Below, one piece after another: positions 7,475-17,630 of a DNA stretch of 62,375 nucleotides. Position 1 is the stretch's first letter; each line of letters starts with the position of its first letter. The position numbers and the translations under genes are program-made. The notes below the pieces were generated by a model. It ran no database searches. It worked only from the letters and a program-made list of their open reading frames with translations, and was not told where the DNA came from. This DNA is from a virus: the IMG/VR virus record IMGVR_UViG_3300042695_000799. One strand, 5' to 3'.

Positions 7475-9401
7475 AAGCGTTGACGATTTACTGCGGCAAT
7501 CAATTCAACCGCTAAAACCAAAAGAAAAGCTATCGCGCAGCGACTGGGCCGAGCGTCATTTTCAAGTAACTAAAGGCAGCAGCACTGGCAGATGGAAAAC
7601 AAGACCATATCAAAGGGAAATCCTTGACGCATGGGATGACCCCAGGATATGGCGCACATCAATTATGAAAAGCAGTCGCGTAGGAGCGACAACCTTACTC
7701 AACATTGACGAATGCTTTTCGATCCACTGGGAGCGGTGTGATACATGCACTGTCCAACCAACCACTGGCGATGCCGAAAAATACAGCAGGGACACGTTTG
7801 ATGATTTAATTGAAAACGTGGACGTATTAAGACAGCTATTTTCAAAATGCAAGCACCGCGACGGCACGAACTCAATTCTTGAAAAATACATTAACGGCGC
7901 ATCGCTAAAGTTTATTGGCGCCAATAGTCCCAACGGTTTTCGTCGTGTCACCTATCGCATTGTCCGAGCCGATGAAACCAGCGCTTACAAGGCTGGCGGC
8001 GCAGGCAAGGAAGGCGATCAAATTGAGCTACTTTTGAACAGAACGATTGACTATCACGATCGTTTGTTTATTGATTGCAGCACCCCAACGATCGAAGGCT
8101 TTGATCGCATTGAAGATGCGTTTAAGTTAGGGGATCAACGACACCGCTACCTTCCGTGTCCGCATTGCGGCTGGTATCAAACGCTTTCCGCTGCAGCGTT
8201 TACACCAGGCGCCGACAAAAGCAAGCCCGGTGGTTTTTGGTGGGAGCCCGGTAAACCAACAAGCGTAGTTTACATTTGCGAGCGTTGCGACAAGCCGATC
8301 CAGCACAGCCAAAAGTTTGAGATGGATCTACATGGCGAATGGCGCCCAAGCGCACCGCCAAACATCGACCCAAACGGCAGGGAACACCGCAGTTATCACA
8401 TCTGGGCGGGCATATCTTATCAAGCTAACGCAAGCTGGGCTAACATTGTTGCCGAACACGAAAAAAATCAAAACCAACCTGAGAAGGTCCAAGTATTTAT
8501 TAACACTTGGCTTGGTTTGCCCTACCGCGAAGATGCGTCAACACGCTTAGCCGCCGAAGGTTTAATGTCAAGGCGAGGTAACTACGCAAGCGGAGAGGTA
8601 CCCGATGGTGTGCTAATGATTTGCATTGGCGTTGACATGCAAGATGATCGAGCAGAAGTTTTTGTTTGGGGTTTTGGCCCAGGCAACTCACCAGACCAAG
8701 CGACCGCCGAGCCGGAAAGGTGGTTAATCAAGCATGATGTAATTAGCTGCAGATATGACACCGCGGAAGTCTATAAACAACTTGACACCTATCTTTTTGA
8801 TAGCTATTCCCTAAGTAACGGCTACGGACTTAAGCCCGCCGTCATGGCGGTTGACTCCGGCGACGGCGAGCACTCTTCGTATGTCTACGAATACGCAAAC
8901 AACCGCGCCAATCAAGGCGTCATCGCAACCAAGGGCATGGATCAAATAGGCAAGCCAGCGATTAACAATGGAAAGCGCACTCAGTATGACTACAAAGGGC
9001 GCCCAAGCAAGACAAGCGCTTTAGTGTTCCAGGTTGGCACTGACCTTGTTAAAACAATCTTGATGGCACAACTAAAACATGGCCTGACATCTGGCGCTGG
9101 TGCAATTCATTTTCCAAGAGACACAAGTAAAGAGTTTTTTGAGCAACTTGTTTCTGAGCGCCGTCATCACAAAATTGAAAACGGCCAACCCAAGGCGACA
9201 TGGGTGCGCAAACCGGGAATCAAGGCCGAAGCCCTTGACGGAACTGTTTACGCTTACGCAGCATTTCACCACGCAAAGAAAAAATACAATCCCAAAACAA
9301 TGTGGGCGCAGCTTGCCGAAGACGCGGCCAGTGGCGGTAAATCCAAGCCCGAGGCATCCCCGGTGGCCTTTAACCTCCTAGAGGGGCAGCAGGTTTACTA
9401 A
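7464..9401 (+). CDS. terL: Terminase large subunit, lambda GpA family
   Basis: 645 aa; RWKTRPYQREILDAW, CPHCG...CERC zinc motif, gene order TerS-TerL-gpW-portal. Confidence 0.85.
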   Translation: MPIKSVDDLLRQSIQPLKPKEKLSRSDWAERHFQVTKGSSTGRWKTRPYQREILDAWDDPRIWRTSIMKSSRVGATTLLNIDECFSIHWERCDTCTVQPTTGDAEKYSRDTFDDLIENVDVLRQLFSKCKHRDGTNSILEKYINGASLKFIGANSPNGFRRVTYRIVRADETSAYKAGGAGKEGDQIELLLNRTIDYHDRLFIDCSTPTIEGFDRIEDAFKLGDQRHRYLPCPHCGWYQTLSAAAFTPGADKSKPGGFWWEPGKPTSVVYICERCDKPIQHSQKFEMDLHGEWRPSAPPNIDPNGREHRSYHIWAGISYQANASWANIVAEHEKNQNQPEKVQVFINTWLGLPYREDASTRLAAEGLMSRRGNYASGEVPDGVLMICIGVDMQDDRAEVFVWGFGPGNSPDQATAEPERWLIKHDVISCRYDTAEVYKQLDTYLFDSYSLSNGYGLKPAVMAVDSGDGEHSSYVYEYANNRANQGVIATKGMDQIGKPAINNGKRTQYDYKGRPSKTSALVFQVGTDLVKTILMAQLKHGLTSGAGAIHFPRDTSKEFFEQLVSERRHHKIENGQPKATWVRKPGIKAEALDGTVYAYAAFHHAKKKYNPKTMWAQLAEDAASGGKSKPEASPVAFNLLEGQQVY

Positions 9402-9435
9402 CCTAGACTAGAATCACCCCATAAGCGCAGCACCA

Positions 9436-9999
9436 GTGAGCACGATCCCGTCCCAATTCAGAGCGGGGGATTTTGTTTCCTGGGTCGAAAGCAATGCCCC
9501 AGCGGGAGCAACAGCCATCCGCGCCTACCTGCGGACCAATGCGGCGTCAGGAGCGGTCTTAGACGCCACGGCAAGCGGCAACGACTGGGCCTTTCAGGTT
9601 TCCGCTGCTACTTCCGCCACGCTGACCGCTGGAGCCTACCTGGCGCAGTTTGTGGCAACAGTGGCGACCAACCCGGTCACGTACCGCGAGGCATCGTTTG
9701 CCGTGCTGCCAAACTTGGCCTTTACCGGCAGCCCGACTGCAATTGAAACGCGAAGCGCGTTAAGGATTCGATACGATGAAATACAGGAAGCAATTCGGAT
9801 AGTAGCGACCAGCGCCCAAGAATATCAAATTGGCGTTGGCGGCGGTGGCCGCAAAGTTCGCCGCGCTGATTTACCAGAGCTAAGAAAAGAACGCGATGAA
9901 ATACGCGCTCAATTAACAGCCGAAGAACGCGCCTCTGACCTCGCCAACGGCAAAGGCGATCCCGATTCTCTCTACACTAGGTTCACCGCAAGTTATTGA
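9436..9999 (+). CDS. Head-tail joining protein with a gpW-like C-terminal region
   Basis: C-terminus YQIGVGGGGRKVRRADLPELRKERDEIRAQL resembles gpW; located between TerL and portal as in lambda. Confidence 0.45.
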   Translation: MSTIPSQFRAGDFVSWVESNAPAGATAIRAYLRTNAASGAVLDATASGNDWAFQVSAATSATLTAGAYLAQFVATVATNPVTYREASFAVLPNLAFTGSPTAIETRSALRIRYDEIQEAIRIVATSAQEYQIGVGGGGRKVRRADLPELRKERDEIRAQLTAEERASDLANGKGDPDSLYTRFTASY

Positions 10000-10000
10000 T

Positions 10001-11506
10001 ATGGGACTTCGCACTTGGGTCAAAGGTCAAATTAAACAAATGCTTGGTATTCCCCAAGCAAAATTTGAAGCAGCTAGATCCGGCAGACTAAGTGAAGATT
10101 TTTTTCGCCCGCACACTAGCGCAAACGCTGAGATTCGATTTGACCTGCAAACACTGCGAAACTCAGCGCGAGCCTTGTCGCGTGATAATCCGCTGGTGCG
10201 CGGGATTAAGCGGACGTTTCGCGTAAACGTAATTGGTTCGCGTGGTATTCAATACAGGCCGCAAGTCAAGTTATTGTCTGGCGAAGGCTTAGATGAACGC
10301 CGCAATACAATCTTGACCGAAGAATACAGAAAATGGTGTCGTCAAGATTGCTGTGATGTAACCGGAAAAAATAGCATGTTAGATTTTCAACTGCACATTC
10401 CTTCTGCGTTAATTGATTCAGGCGAATTGTTTTTTAGGATTCATCGTGGAATTAAGCTTGGCCGGAGTACGGTGCCGTTGGCACTGGAAATGATTGAAGC
10501 GGATCAAATTGACGTTGAATACAATTTTCTTTCTGATCGCCCTAGCCACCGCTGGATTATGGGCATTGAGGTTAACGAGTGGAATCGCCCTACTCGTTAC
10601 GCAATTCTAACCCAGCATCCCGGCGACCGCGAGCTACGCAATCCAAACGTAACCGTTAAACACGTTTTTGTTTCCGCCGCTGATATTATTCACGTTTATG
10701 GCATTGAAGAACGTGTTAATCAAATGCGTTGCGAGCCATTGCTAACACCTGTCGTAATCACAGCTCACAACCTGCGCGAATACCAAAAATCTCACCTTGT
10801 CAAAAAACGATCTCAGTCCAATCAGCTTGGCTGGATTCAAACTCCTGAAGGTTTTCAGTCTGAAAAACTGGTTGACAATAAACGCACCGTGGCATCAGAG
10901 GCTGGCCAGTGGCGCCGCCTAAACCCCGGCGAAATTCCAATTCCGCCCGACTACGGTCCCGAAGATACAGTATATCCCGACGTCGTAAAAGATTCGCTCC
11001 GCACAATGGCGGTAGGAACGGGCAGCAATTACAGCACCGTATCCGGCGACTTCTCTGAGGGCAGCTATGCTTCCTTGCGGATTTCAGTATTTGAAAACCG
11101 TGACTACTGGAAAATGTTGCACACCGCCGTCATTGAGCAATTTTGTCAGCGCATCAACGAAGAATGGCTGTACGCTGCTGTAATGTCTGGCACTTTGCCG
11201 TCGCCTATTTTTGATGATTTTTGGTTTAGACCTGATCGTTATACTAATCCCAAATGGCAACCGCGTTCCTGGGGGCTGCTGGATACTAGCAAAGATATTC
11301 AAGCCTACAAAGAGGCCCGCGAACTACAGCTTGAAACGCACAGCACGCAAATGAGTAATTACAGCGGCGAAGATTTTATTGGCACAATCGACGAGATTGA
11401 GTTTGAAAATAGATACAAAGATGGCAAGGGTCTGCTTAGTGCCATTGATGATCCGGCTAAAGCGCTAGAGGCCAAAAAGCCAACTGTGCCCTCAAGACCT
11501 GCTTAG
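10001..11506 (+). CDS. Portal protein, lambda family
   Basis: 501 aa; position after TerL/gpW and before the head protease. Confidence 0.8.
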   Translation: MGLRTWVKGQIKQMLGIPQAKFEAARSGRLSEDFFRPHTSANAEIRFDLQTLRNSARALSRDNPLVRGIKRTFRVNVIGSRGIQYRPQVKLLSGEGLDERRNTILTEEYRKWCRQDCCDVTGKNSMLDFQLHIPSALIDSGELFFRIHRGIKLGRSTVPLALEMIEADQIDVEYNFLSDRPSHRWIMGIEVNEWNRPTRYAILTQHPGDRELRNPNVTVKHVFVSAADIIHVYGIEERVNQMRCEPLLTPVVITAHNLREYQKSHLVKKRSQSNQLGWIQTPEGFQSEKLVDNKRTVASEAGQWRRLNPGEIPIPPDYGPEDTVYPDVVKDSLRTMAVGTGSNYSTVSGDFSEGSYASLRISVFENRDYWKMLHTAVIEQFCQRINEEWLYAAVMSGTLPSPIFDDFWFRPDRYTNPKWQPRSWGLLDTSKDIQAYKEARELQLETHSTQMSNYSGEDFIGTIDEIEFENRYKDGKGLLSAIDDPAKALEAKKPTVPSRPA

Positions 11507-11536
11507 CCTTTGCGCTGAGTATGAGTATTCTTAGAG

Positions 11537-13672
11537 ATGCCCTCGCGCACCGTGCCTCAGGCTGGCGTCCGACTTGAGCCAATGAATGACGGTGATGCCA
11601 GCGCATCCATCGGCATTTTTGGCGAAATTGGTTGGGATGTAACCGCTGAAGATGTAGCCGCTGCCGTTGCACAGGCAAAAGGCAAGCCACTAAATGTTGA
11701 CATCTTTAGCTACGGCGGAGATGCCCTGCAGGGTCTTGCAATTTACCAAATTCTTTCAGCGCACGACGCTGAGGTAACAACTAATGTTCTTGGCGTTGCC
11801 GCTAGCGCGGGAAGCGTAATTGCGATGGCTGGCAAATACCGCAAGGTGGCCGTCAACGCCGCTTTAATGATTCATAGCCCTTGGTCAGTTACCGTTGGAG
11901 ACGCAAGCGAGCACCGTAAATCAGCAAACATGCTTGACGGTCTTGAGTCCGCGTATCTCTACACGTATTCCACTGCGACCGGCATCCCCGCCGCCGACAT
12001 TCAGCCTTACTTAGCAGAAGAACGCTGGATGTACGGCGAAGAAGCAATGGCCCTCGGTTTCGCCACTGAAGCCCCCGAGCCCATCAAAGCCTTTGCCAGC
12101 ATTGCGCCCCCGCCCGCCGATCGTTTCCGCCAAATTCCCGCCGATCTAAAAGCCATGGCGGGTATCAGCGTGGAAGCCCCGGCTGAAATCGTTGATCCCG
12201 CCAACCCCCCCGAGGATCCCAAGCCTAAAGTCGCAACCGCCGACCTAACGGCCGCGCTTGAGTCTGTGGCGCGAGCCATAAATCCCACCCCACCGACTAT
12301 GACTAGCCTTAGCGCTGAACAGCTTACCTCACAAACCGCCGCTCTCCCGATGACCGTTGAAACCACCCAAGCGGATGCGGCGCTCGCGGAGCGCGAGCGC
12401 ATCCAGTCCATTCAAGGAATGGTCGCCTCAAAGGGCCTTCCCGACGAGTTTGCCCTTGAATTAGTCAACAGCGGAAGGTCCGTGGCTGAAGCCCGTCACG
12501 CCGTTCTTGATCGACTGCCTAGCGTAACCCGCCACTCCACTGAACGCGGAGCCGTGGCCAGTCTCACCGCAAGCGGCATTGATCTTTCCGAAAAAGATTG
12601 CAAGGTCTACAGCCTTCAAAACGTTTTTCGGCACCTAGCCGAGCCCACCAATGCAGCCTATCGCAACGCGATCGGCTTTGAGATGGAGCTGCATGACGAG
12701 CTTCAAAAAAATCACGCCCGGTCCGCTGCTGGCGTCCTTGTTCCTCACAACATTTTCGCCGTCAATGCTCGCCCGCCCGGCTTCCGTCCGCAAGCCGTTC
12801 AGCGCACAGACAGCTTTAGCGCTGGCGGGGCCCTTGTGCCAACCGATCGCCTTGACGGTCAGTTCGTAGACCTTCTGCGCAATATGTCGGCCTTTATGAG
12901 GACTGGAATTACTGTCCTAAACGGCCTTTCTGGCAACGTTGAAATTTCCAAGCAGACTGGCCCTAGTACCACTTTCTGGGTAGGCGAAGGCGGCGATGTC
13001 AACGAAAGCGACCTCTCTTACGGCCTGGTCAATATGTCGCCCAAAACCTTGGGCGCCCGAGTTGCTATTTCGCGTCGAGCCTTGATTCAAACAAGTCCTG
13101 ACATTGAAAACCTTAACCGCAATGACGTGCTCAAGCAAATTAGCTTGGGCATTGACAAGGCGATTGGCTACGGCACCGGATCTTCGTCTCAGCCGCTAGG
13201 CATTAAGGGCATAACTGGGGTTGGCGGCGTCACGTTTTCTGGCGGCAAGACTGCAACATTCAACACCCTGCAGGGCGGCGGAACCGGAAGTTGCGGCACT
13301 TGGGAGCAGTGGGTACAACTTGAAACCGAGCTGTCCAGCGTTAACATTGAGGCCGACACAATGGTTCACCTCTTCAACGGAGCAATGCGCGGCGGGCTCA
13401 AAACCACTCTCCGCGATTCCGTGGCTGGTGCTGACTACATCTTTGCTGAAGACAAAACCGTAAACGGTTATAGCACTATCGTCAGTAACCAGATTCAGTC
13501 AAACGATGCCTTCTTCGGGGACTGGCCCGAAGCCCTTCTTGGCTTCTGGTCTGGCGTGGATCTCGTCGTGGATCCCTACACTCGCTCTAGTCGCGGAGAA
13601 GTTGTCTACACCGCGTTCCAGGACACCGACTTTGGCCTTCGGCGTCCCGAAGCGTTTGTGGTTGGTAGCTGA
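11537..13672 (+). CDS. Fused S49/ClpP-like prohead protease, scaffold-like linker and HK97-fold major capsid protein
   Basis: N-terminus IFSYGGDALQGLAIYQIL...GVAASAGSVIAMAG (ClpP/S49); C-terminus GALVPTDRLDGQFVDLLRN...LGARVAISRRAL... (HK97-type capsid); no stop between them. Confidence 0.8.
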   Translation: MPSRTVPQAGVRLEPMNDGDASASIGIFGEIGWDVTAEDVAAAVAQAKGKPLNVDIFSYGGDALQGLAIYQILSAHDAEVTTNVLGVAASAGSVIAMAGKYRKVAVNAALMIHSPWSVTVGDASEHRKSANMLDGLESAYLYTYSTATGIPAADIQPYLAEERWMYGEEAMALGFATEAPEPIKAFASIAPPPADRFRQIPADLKAMAGISVEAPAEIVDPANPPEDPKPKVATADLTAALESVARAINPTPPTMTSLSAEQLTSQTAALPMTVETTQADAALAERERIQSIQGMVASKGLPDEFALELVNSGRSVAEARHAVLDRLPSVTRHSTERGAVASLTASGIDLSEKDCKVYSLQNVFRHLAEPTNAAYRNAIGFEMELHDELQKNHARSAAGVLVPHNIFAVNARPPGFRPQAVQRTDSFSAGGALVPTDRLDGQFVDLLRNMSAFMRTGITVLNGLSGNVEISKQTGPSTTFWVGEGGDVNESDLSYGLVNMSPKTLGARVAISRRALIQTSPDIENLNRNDVLKQISLGIDKAIGYGTGSSSQPLGIKGITGVGGVTFSGGKTATFNTLQGGGTGSCGTWEQWVQLETELSSVNIEADTMVHLFNGAMRGGLKTTLRDSVAGADYIFAEDKTVNGYSTIVSNQIQSNDAFFGDWPEALLGFWSGVDLVVDPYTRSSRGEVVYTAFQDTDFGLRRPEAFVVGS

Positions 13673-13674
13673 TC

Positions 13675-13908
13675 ATGCAAAGAGTAAAAATCACTAGCCC
13701 GACATGGGTTGGTGGCGAAATGAAACAGGCTGGCGACATTTTGCCCGTGTCCGACAACGACGCAAAAGAGTTGTTCCGCATTGGCCGTGCTCAGCCATCA
13801 CCACTGCCACGGGAGGAGACGCAGCCCATTGCGCCCCCACCCGCAACCGAGCCACTTGTTCACCCACCCGGCCATAGCGCCAAACGCCCCCCCGCCCCAT
13901 CCAGATAA
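13675..13908 (+). CDS. hypothetical small head-module protein
   Basis: ORF track; MQRVKITSPTWVGGEMKQAGDILPVSDNDAKELFRIGRA, then a Pro-rich tail. Confidence 0.55.
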   Translation: MQRVKITSPTWVGGEMKQAGDILPVSDNDAKELFRIGRAQPSPLPREETQPIAPPPATEPLVHPPGHSAKRPPAPSR

Positions 13909-14298
13909 ATGGCCATCCAACCCCGCAACCTCGAAGTCCTCCAGCACTTTTCACTGGCTCCCACGGCCACAAGAAGCACTACGTTTACGGGCGCAACAAC
14001 CAACGTTGCCAACCTTGCCGCTTTTGATGGTGACATTCAAATTACGCTGGATTCCAGTGTTGTAACTGGCGCCGGTAGTATTACCTGCGTAATTCAGCAC
14101 TCCGTTGATGGCAGCACCAACTTTGAAGCTGTAACCGGCGGTGCGTTTACGGCTGTCACCTCCGCCGCCGCTTCTAACCAAATTTTAACGCTTAGCAAAG
14201 ACGACATCAGGCAGTACATCCGCGTTGTCGGTACTGTTTCCGGCACCGCCTCCGCCGCTTACAGCGTCAACGGTTACGGCGTTGCTAAGTATCAGTGA
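13909..14298 (+). CDS. putative virion structural (decoration-like) protein
   Basis: ORF track; position after the capsid gene; Ala/Thr/Ser/Gly/Val-rich (beta-rich) composition. Confidence 0.45.
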   Translation: MAIQPRNLEVLQHFSLAPTATRSTTFTGATTNVANLAAFDGDIQITLDSSVVTGAGSITCVIQHSVDGSTNFEAVTGGAFTAVTSAAASNQILTLSKDDIRQYIRVVGTVSGTASAAYSVNGYGVAKYQ

Positions 14299-14330
14299 TC
14301 CCTAGATATTAACACCATAGCGGAACCGAC

Positions 14331-14732
14331 ATGGCTTTTCAATTTTCAACAGGAGCCCGCAACGCGGCGCTTGATGCAATCGAAACAGCAGCGGGAACGG
14401 CACCGACGCTGACCATCCGCTCGGGCTCTGTCCCAGCAAACTGTGCGGCTGCTCGGACGGGCACAGTGTTGGCAACGTTCGTTCTGCCGTCTGATTGGCT
14501 TGCGGCGGCGTCTGGTGGCACCAAGGCGCTGTCGGGCACGTGGCAAGACTTAGCAGCGGATGCTACTGGCACAGCGGCTCATTTCAGTGTCGATCAAGGC
14601 GCCACTTGTCATATTCAGGGCACGGTGACTGCAACCGGCGGCGGCGGCGACATGACTCTGGACAACACCTCAATCGCTGCGGGCCAACAGGTGAACATCA
14701 CGGCCTTCACGCTCACCGCAGGCGGCGCCTGA
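14331..14732 (+). CDS. putative virion structural protein
   Basis: ORF track; Ala/Gly/Thr-rich. Confidence 0.45.
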   Translation: MAFQFSTGARNAALDAIETAAGTAPTLTIRSGSVPANCAAARTGTVLATFVLPSDWLAAASGGTKALSGTWQDLAADATGTAAHFSVDQGATCHIQGTVTATGGGGDMTLDNTSIAAGQQVNITAFTLTAGGA

Positions 14733-14770
14733 TGGCACCTTCTTGGCCGCGCCACTTATGGGGGTAAGAA

Positions 14771-15229
14771 ATGGCAACCCGAGAGCAAAAAATCGCAGCA
14801 AAGGTGGCGGAGTTCGCCGGGATAGCGGAAGCGGATGTTGCCGCCGCGCTTAACGCATTAGACCACAGCCTACCAACCAAAAGGTGTGACGTAGCTACTT
14901 ATGACGCCAGGGAAATCCTGCTTTCTACGGGTGAGTGGGGGGCGGTGGTCCTTGCCGCTGAAAACACCGCAGTCCCTGGGCAAGTGCGCGGTGCGTGCAT
15001 TGTTCTGCGTGATGCAATTATCCAGACTTCGACAATCCGAATTAGTGTGCCCAGGATATATGACGCAACAGTTACCTTGCTTGGCGGCCTTGTTGTCGCC
15101 GGGGTTTTGACTGACGCCACCCGCGACGCATTGATGGGACTAGCAGAAGTAAATCAGTCATGGGCTGAAACGGAAGGCGTTGGTGAAGTAACGGTCCGAG
15201 ACATCGGAATCGCAAGAGGGAACATCTGA
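14771..15229 (+). CDS. hypothetical structural-module protein
   Basis: ORF track; TGATG junction to the next gene. Confidence 0.5.
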   Translation: MATREQKIAAKVAEFAGIAEADVAAALNALDHSLPTKRCDVATYDAREILLSTGEWGAVVLAAENTAVPGQVRGACIVLRDAIIQTSTIRISVPRIYDATVTLLGGLVVAGVLTDATRDALMGLAEVNQSWAETEGVGEVTVRDIGIARGNI

Positions 15230-15648
15230 TGGCTACCGCAAAATGGAGCACACCTAGCGCAAGGTCAAGCAACCTTGCTGGCACCACGTTCAACTCGCTG
15301 GCAAACGGCTCTGCCGGATCGGCGATCAGCTATGACAACAGCACGGCGCGCGACCTTTACACGGCGGTCACGGTCAAGCTGGGGTCGCTTACCCCGGCGA
15401 CGGGCGGGTCGATCACGCTGCGCGTCTATGCCGGTGACGGGACCGACGCGCCGGACCTTAACGGGGGGGTATTCGACAGCTATGTCGCGCCGCTGACGAC
15501 AACCGCAGGCGCAAAGGTTGCCATTATCCCGATGGTCAGGCTCTATCCTTTCCCGGTCACGTTGCAGATCGTGAACAACGCGGGCGTCTCGACAGCGGCC
15601 AGCGGCAACGAACTTTACATCCGCCCCTACAACGAGGATGTCAGCTGA
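15229..15648 (+). CDS. putative virion structural protein
   Basis: ORF track; TGATG junctions on both sides. Confidence 0.5.
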   Translation: MATAKWSTPSARSSNLAGTTFNSLANGSAGSAISYDNSTARDLYTAVTVKLGSLTPATGGSITLRVYAGDGTDAPDLNGGVFDSYVAPLTTTAGAKVAIIPMVRLYPFPVTLQIVNNAGVSTAASGNELYIRPYNEDVS

Positions 15649-16439
15649 TGCCGCGCGGGGTGTCGTCACTGGACGAAGCGCGGTTGCAGGGGCGGTTGTG
15701 GTCGCCCGCTCTGCTGGGCACACCCCGCCATACTTTCTCCTTTGACGCTGCACTGCCACGGTGCATCAGCGTGGAAAGCAACGGCAAGATTTCTTCCATT
15801 CAAGACGCCTTCGGGCGAACGGGCAGTTTCACTCAAGCTACGGATGCCAACAGGCCGATATACACGCCCGGTGCTGGATCAGATCAGGCTTCGCTGGCAT
15901 TCAGCAATTCGATCCAAAATTCCCTGATCAGCAACAATCTTTTCTTTTCCGGCGCTTTCCAAAGCGTGCTTGTGGTGGTCAGAACATCAAACCCAAGCGT
16001 CGTAAGTACATTCGTCATTGATAGTGGCCCTGATAGTATTGCAAGGCGGAGTATTACTGTCTCGGGCACAGCAGGGCAGCTACAAATGGCGCGGGGTACG
16101 GCGATCACTTCCTCAGCCCCCACATTCGGGTGGCAGGCCGCTGTAGCGGTCTTTAACGGATCAAGTTCATTCCTGAACGTAAACGGCAGTCAGGTTACAG
16201 GGACACAAACCACAGACCCAACATCGAGCACTTCGTACTCTATTGGTTCCCGTTTCACCGGCCCGAATCCGGTCCAATGCTTCAGCGGCGATATTGCCGC
16301 ACTGGTTCATTTCAACGGCGTGTGGACAGCCGATGAGGTTGCCTTGTTGCAGGGATACTTTGCCTGGCGCGGCGGGTTCCAGAACTTGCTGACCGCATCG
16401 CACCGATTCCGCAACCGCTCGCCCTTGATCGGAGCCTGA
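15648..16439 (+). CDS. putative fibre/lectin-fold (LamG-like) protein
   Basis: C-terminus ...EVALLQGYFAWRGGF resembles the motif ending LamG-like phage fibre proteins. Confidence 0.4.
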   Translation: MPRGVSSLDEARLQGRLWSPALLGTPRHTFSFDAALPRCISVESNGKISSIQDAFGRTGSFTQATDANRPIYTPGAGSDQASLAFSNSIQNSLISNNLFFSGAFQSVLVVVRTSNPSVVSTFVIDSGPDSIARRSITVSGTAGQLQMARGTAITSSAPTFGWQAAVAVFNGSSSFLNVNGSQVTGTQTTDPTSSTSYSIGSRFTGPNPVQCFSGDIAALVHFNGVWTADEVALLQGYFAWRGGFQNLLTASHRFRNRSPLIGA

Positions 16440-16440
16440 C

Positions 16441-17403
16441 ATGCTGCGCATCCGGGCACCGCAACTCGGGACAGGGACGGGCGGCGGTGGTGGTGTCACC
16501 GGCACCGCAAGCGGTACGATCAGCCTTACCGGGGCTGCAACCGGCACCGTCACGATCTCCGGCCCCGCCAGTGGCATTCTGGACTTTACCGGCGCAGCCA
16601 CCGGCACCGTTGCCAATTCCGGTATTGCCAGCGGCACTCTGCCGCTTACGGGGACGGCAACGGCAACCGCGCCGATCACCGGCACAGCCTCTGGCACGCT
16701 GCCCCTGTCCGGCACGGCCACAGGCGTCATCGGCAATGCCCCTGCTACTGCTACCGCGTCCGGCACGCTGCCGCTCGCAGGGACGGCAACGAGTAGGGTC
16801 AACATCAATGGCTTCTCCAATGGCACTCTGCCCCTCACTGGCGCCGTGGCTGCAACCGCCCCAATCAGTGGGATTGCCGGTGGCACGTTATCACTCACGG
16901 GCATCGGATCGGGCACTGTTGCCAGCCCCTCAACTTTCGGCGTTGCCAGCGGAACGCTAAATCTTTCAGGCACCGCAGCCGCCACCGCAATCGTCTCGGG
17001 AGCCATCATTGGCTCACTGCCTCTCGCTGGAGTCTCAACCAGCAGCACTATCACCATTTTTGGCGTCGTTACTGGATCTCTATCTTTTTCGGGTTTCTCA
17101 ACAGGCGTTGTTAGCAGCGCCTCGGTAGCGGTAACATTTTCCGAGGACTTAGATTTGTTTTTTGATGATTTTGGCGTCCCTGTTACTATTGGCGCGATTC
17201 GTGGCAAATGCATTAAAGATATGTCAGGCTTTGGCATTCTTGACGATCGCATCGTTGATCCAGGTCACGTAATCCTGGTCAGAACCGATGTTTTCAATAA
17301 TTTACTCTCAGGCACAAGCGTAAACGTTGCAGGTAAATCTTTCAATGTAAACTCTGCGATGCCGGTTGAGGATGGTGCGTTTTCGCTGGTCACCCTCAAG
17401 TAG
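16441..17403 (+). CDS. Repeat-rich fibre-like protein (about 12 SGTLPLxGTAT-type units)
   Basis: Repeated GTASGTLPLTGTATATAPITGTASGTLPLSGTATG... visible in the translation. Confidence 0.6.
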   Translation: MLRIRAPQLGTGTGGGGGVTGTASGTISLTGAATGTVTISGPASGILDFTGAATGTVANSGIASGTLPLTGTATATAPITGTASGTLPLSGTATGVIGNAPATATASGTLPLAGTATSRVNINGFSNGTLPLTGAVAATAPISGIAGGTLSLTGIGSGTVASPSTFGVASGTLNLSGTAAATAIVSGAIIGSLPLAGVSTSSTITIFGVVTGSLSFSGFSTGVVSSASVAVTFSEDLDLFFDDFGVPVTIGAIRGKCIKDMSGFGILDDRIVDPGHVILVRTDVFNNLLSGTSVNVAGKSFNVNSAMPVEDGAFSLVTLK

Positions 17404-17450
17404 ACCATTGCAACGACCTCCAGCCCCCCAGCACTACCTAGACTTACCCC

Positions 17451-17630
17451 ATGAACGACCAGTCCCGAGGCGGAATCTACATCGTCAGCCCCAAGACGGG
17501 CGAAGCGGAGGCGATCACGTCTGAAGAATTGGCAGCCAGCCAAGCCTTGGTCTCCGAGCCTGCGCCAGCACCAGCCAAGCCTACTACCCGCAAAGTCTCC
17601 GAGGAATTAACCGATGCCACTCAGAAGTAA
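17451..17630 (+). CDS. Possible 59-aa protein (MNDQSRGGIYIVSPKTGEAEAITSEEL...)
   Basis: Manual translation; fills the gap 17404-17613; 17-nt overlap with the next gene. Confidence 0.3.
   Translation: MNDQSRGGIYIVSPKTGEAEAITSEELAASQALVSEPAPAPAKPTTRKVSEELTDATQK

Noticed and set aside
16167-17252. 361-aa ORF on the minus strand, antisense to the repeat-rich fibre gene
   Set aside because: It lies entirely within a GC-rich repetitive plus-strand gene, in a block where all neighbours are plus-strand and tightly coupled. Its translation is a Pro/Val/Ala-rich mirror of the sense repeats. It is a shadow ORF.
16441-17403. Diversity-generating retroelement targeting the repeat fibre
   Set aside because: No reverse transcriptase ORF exists anywhere in the window, and no template/variable repeat pair with adenine-specific differences is visible.
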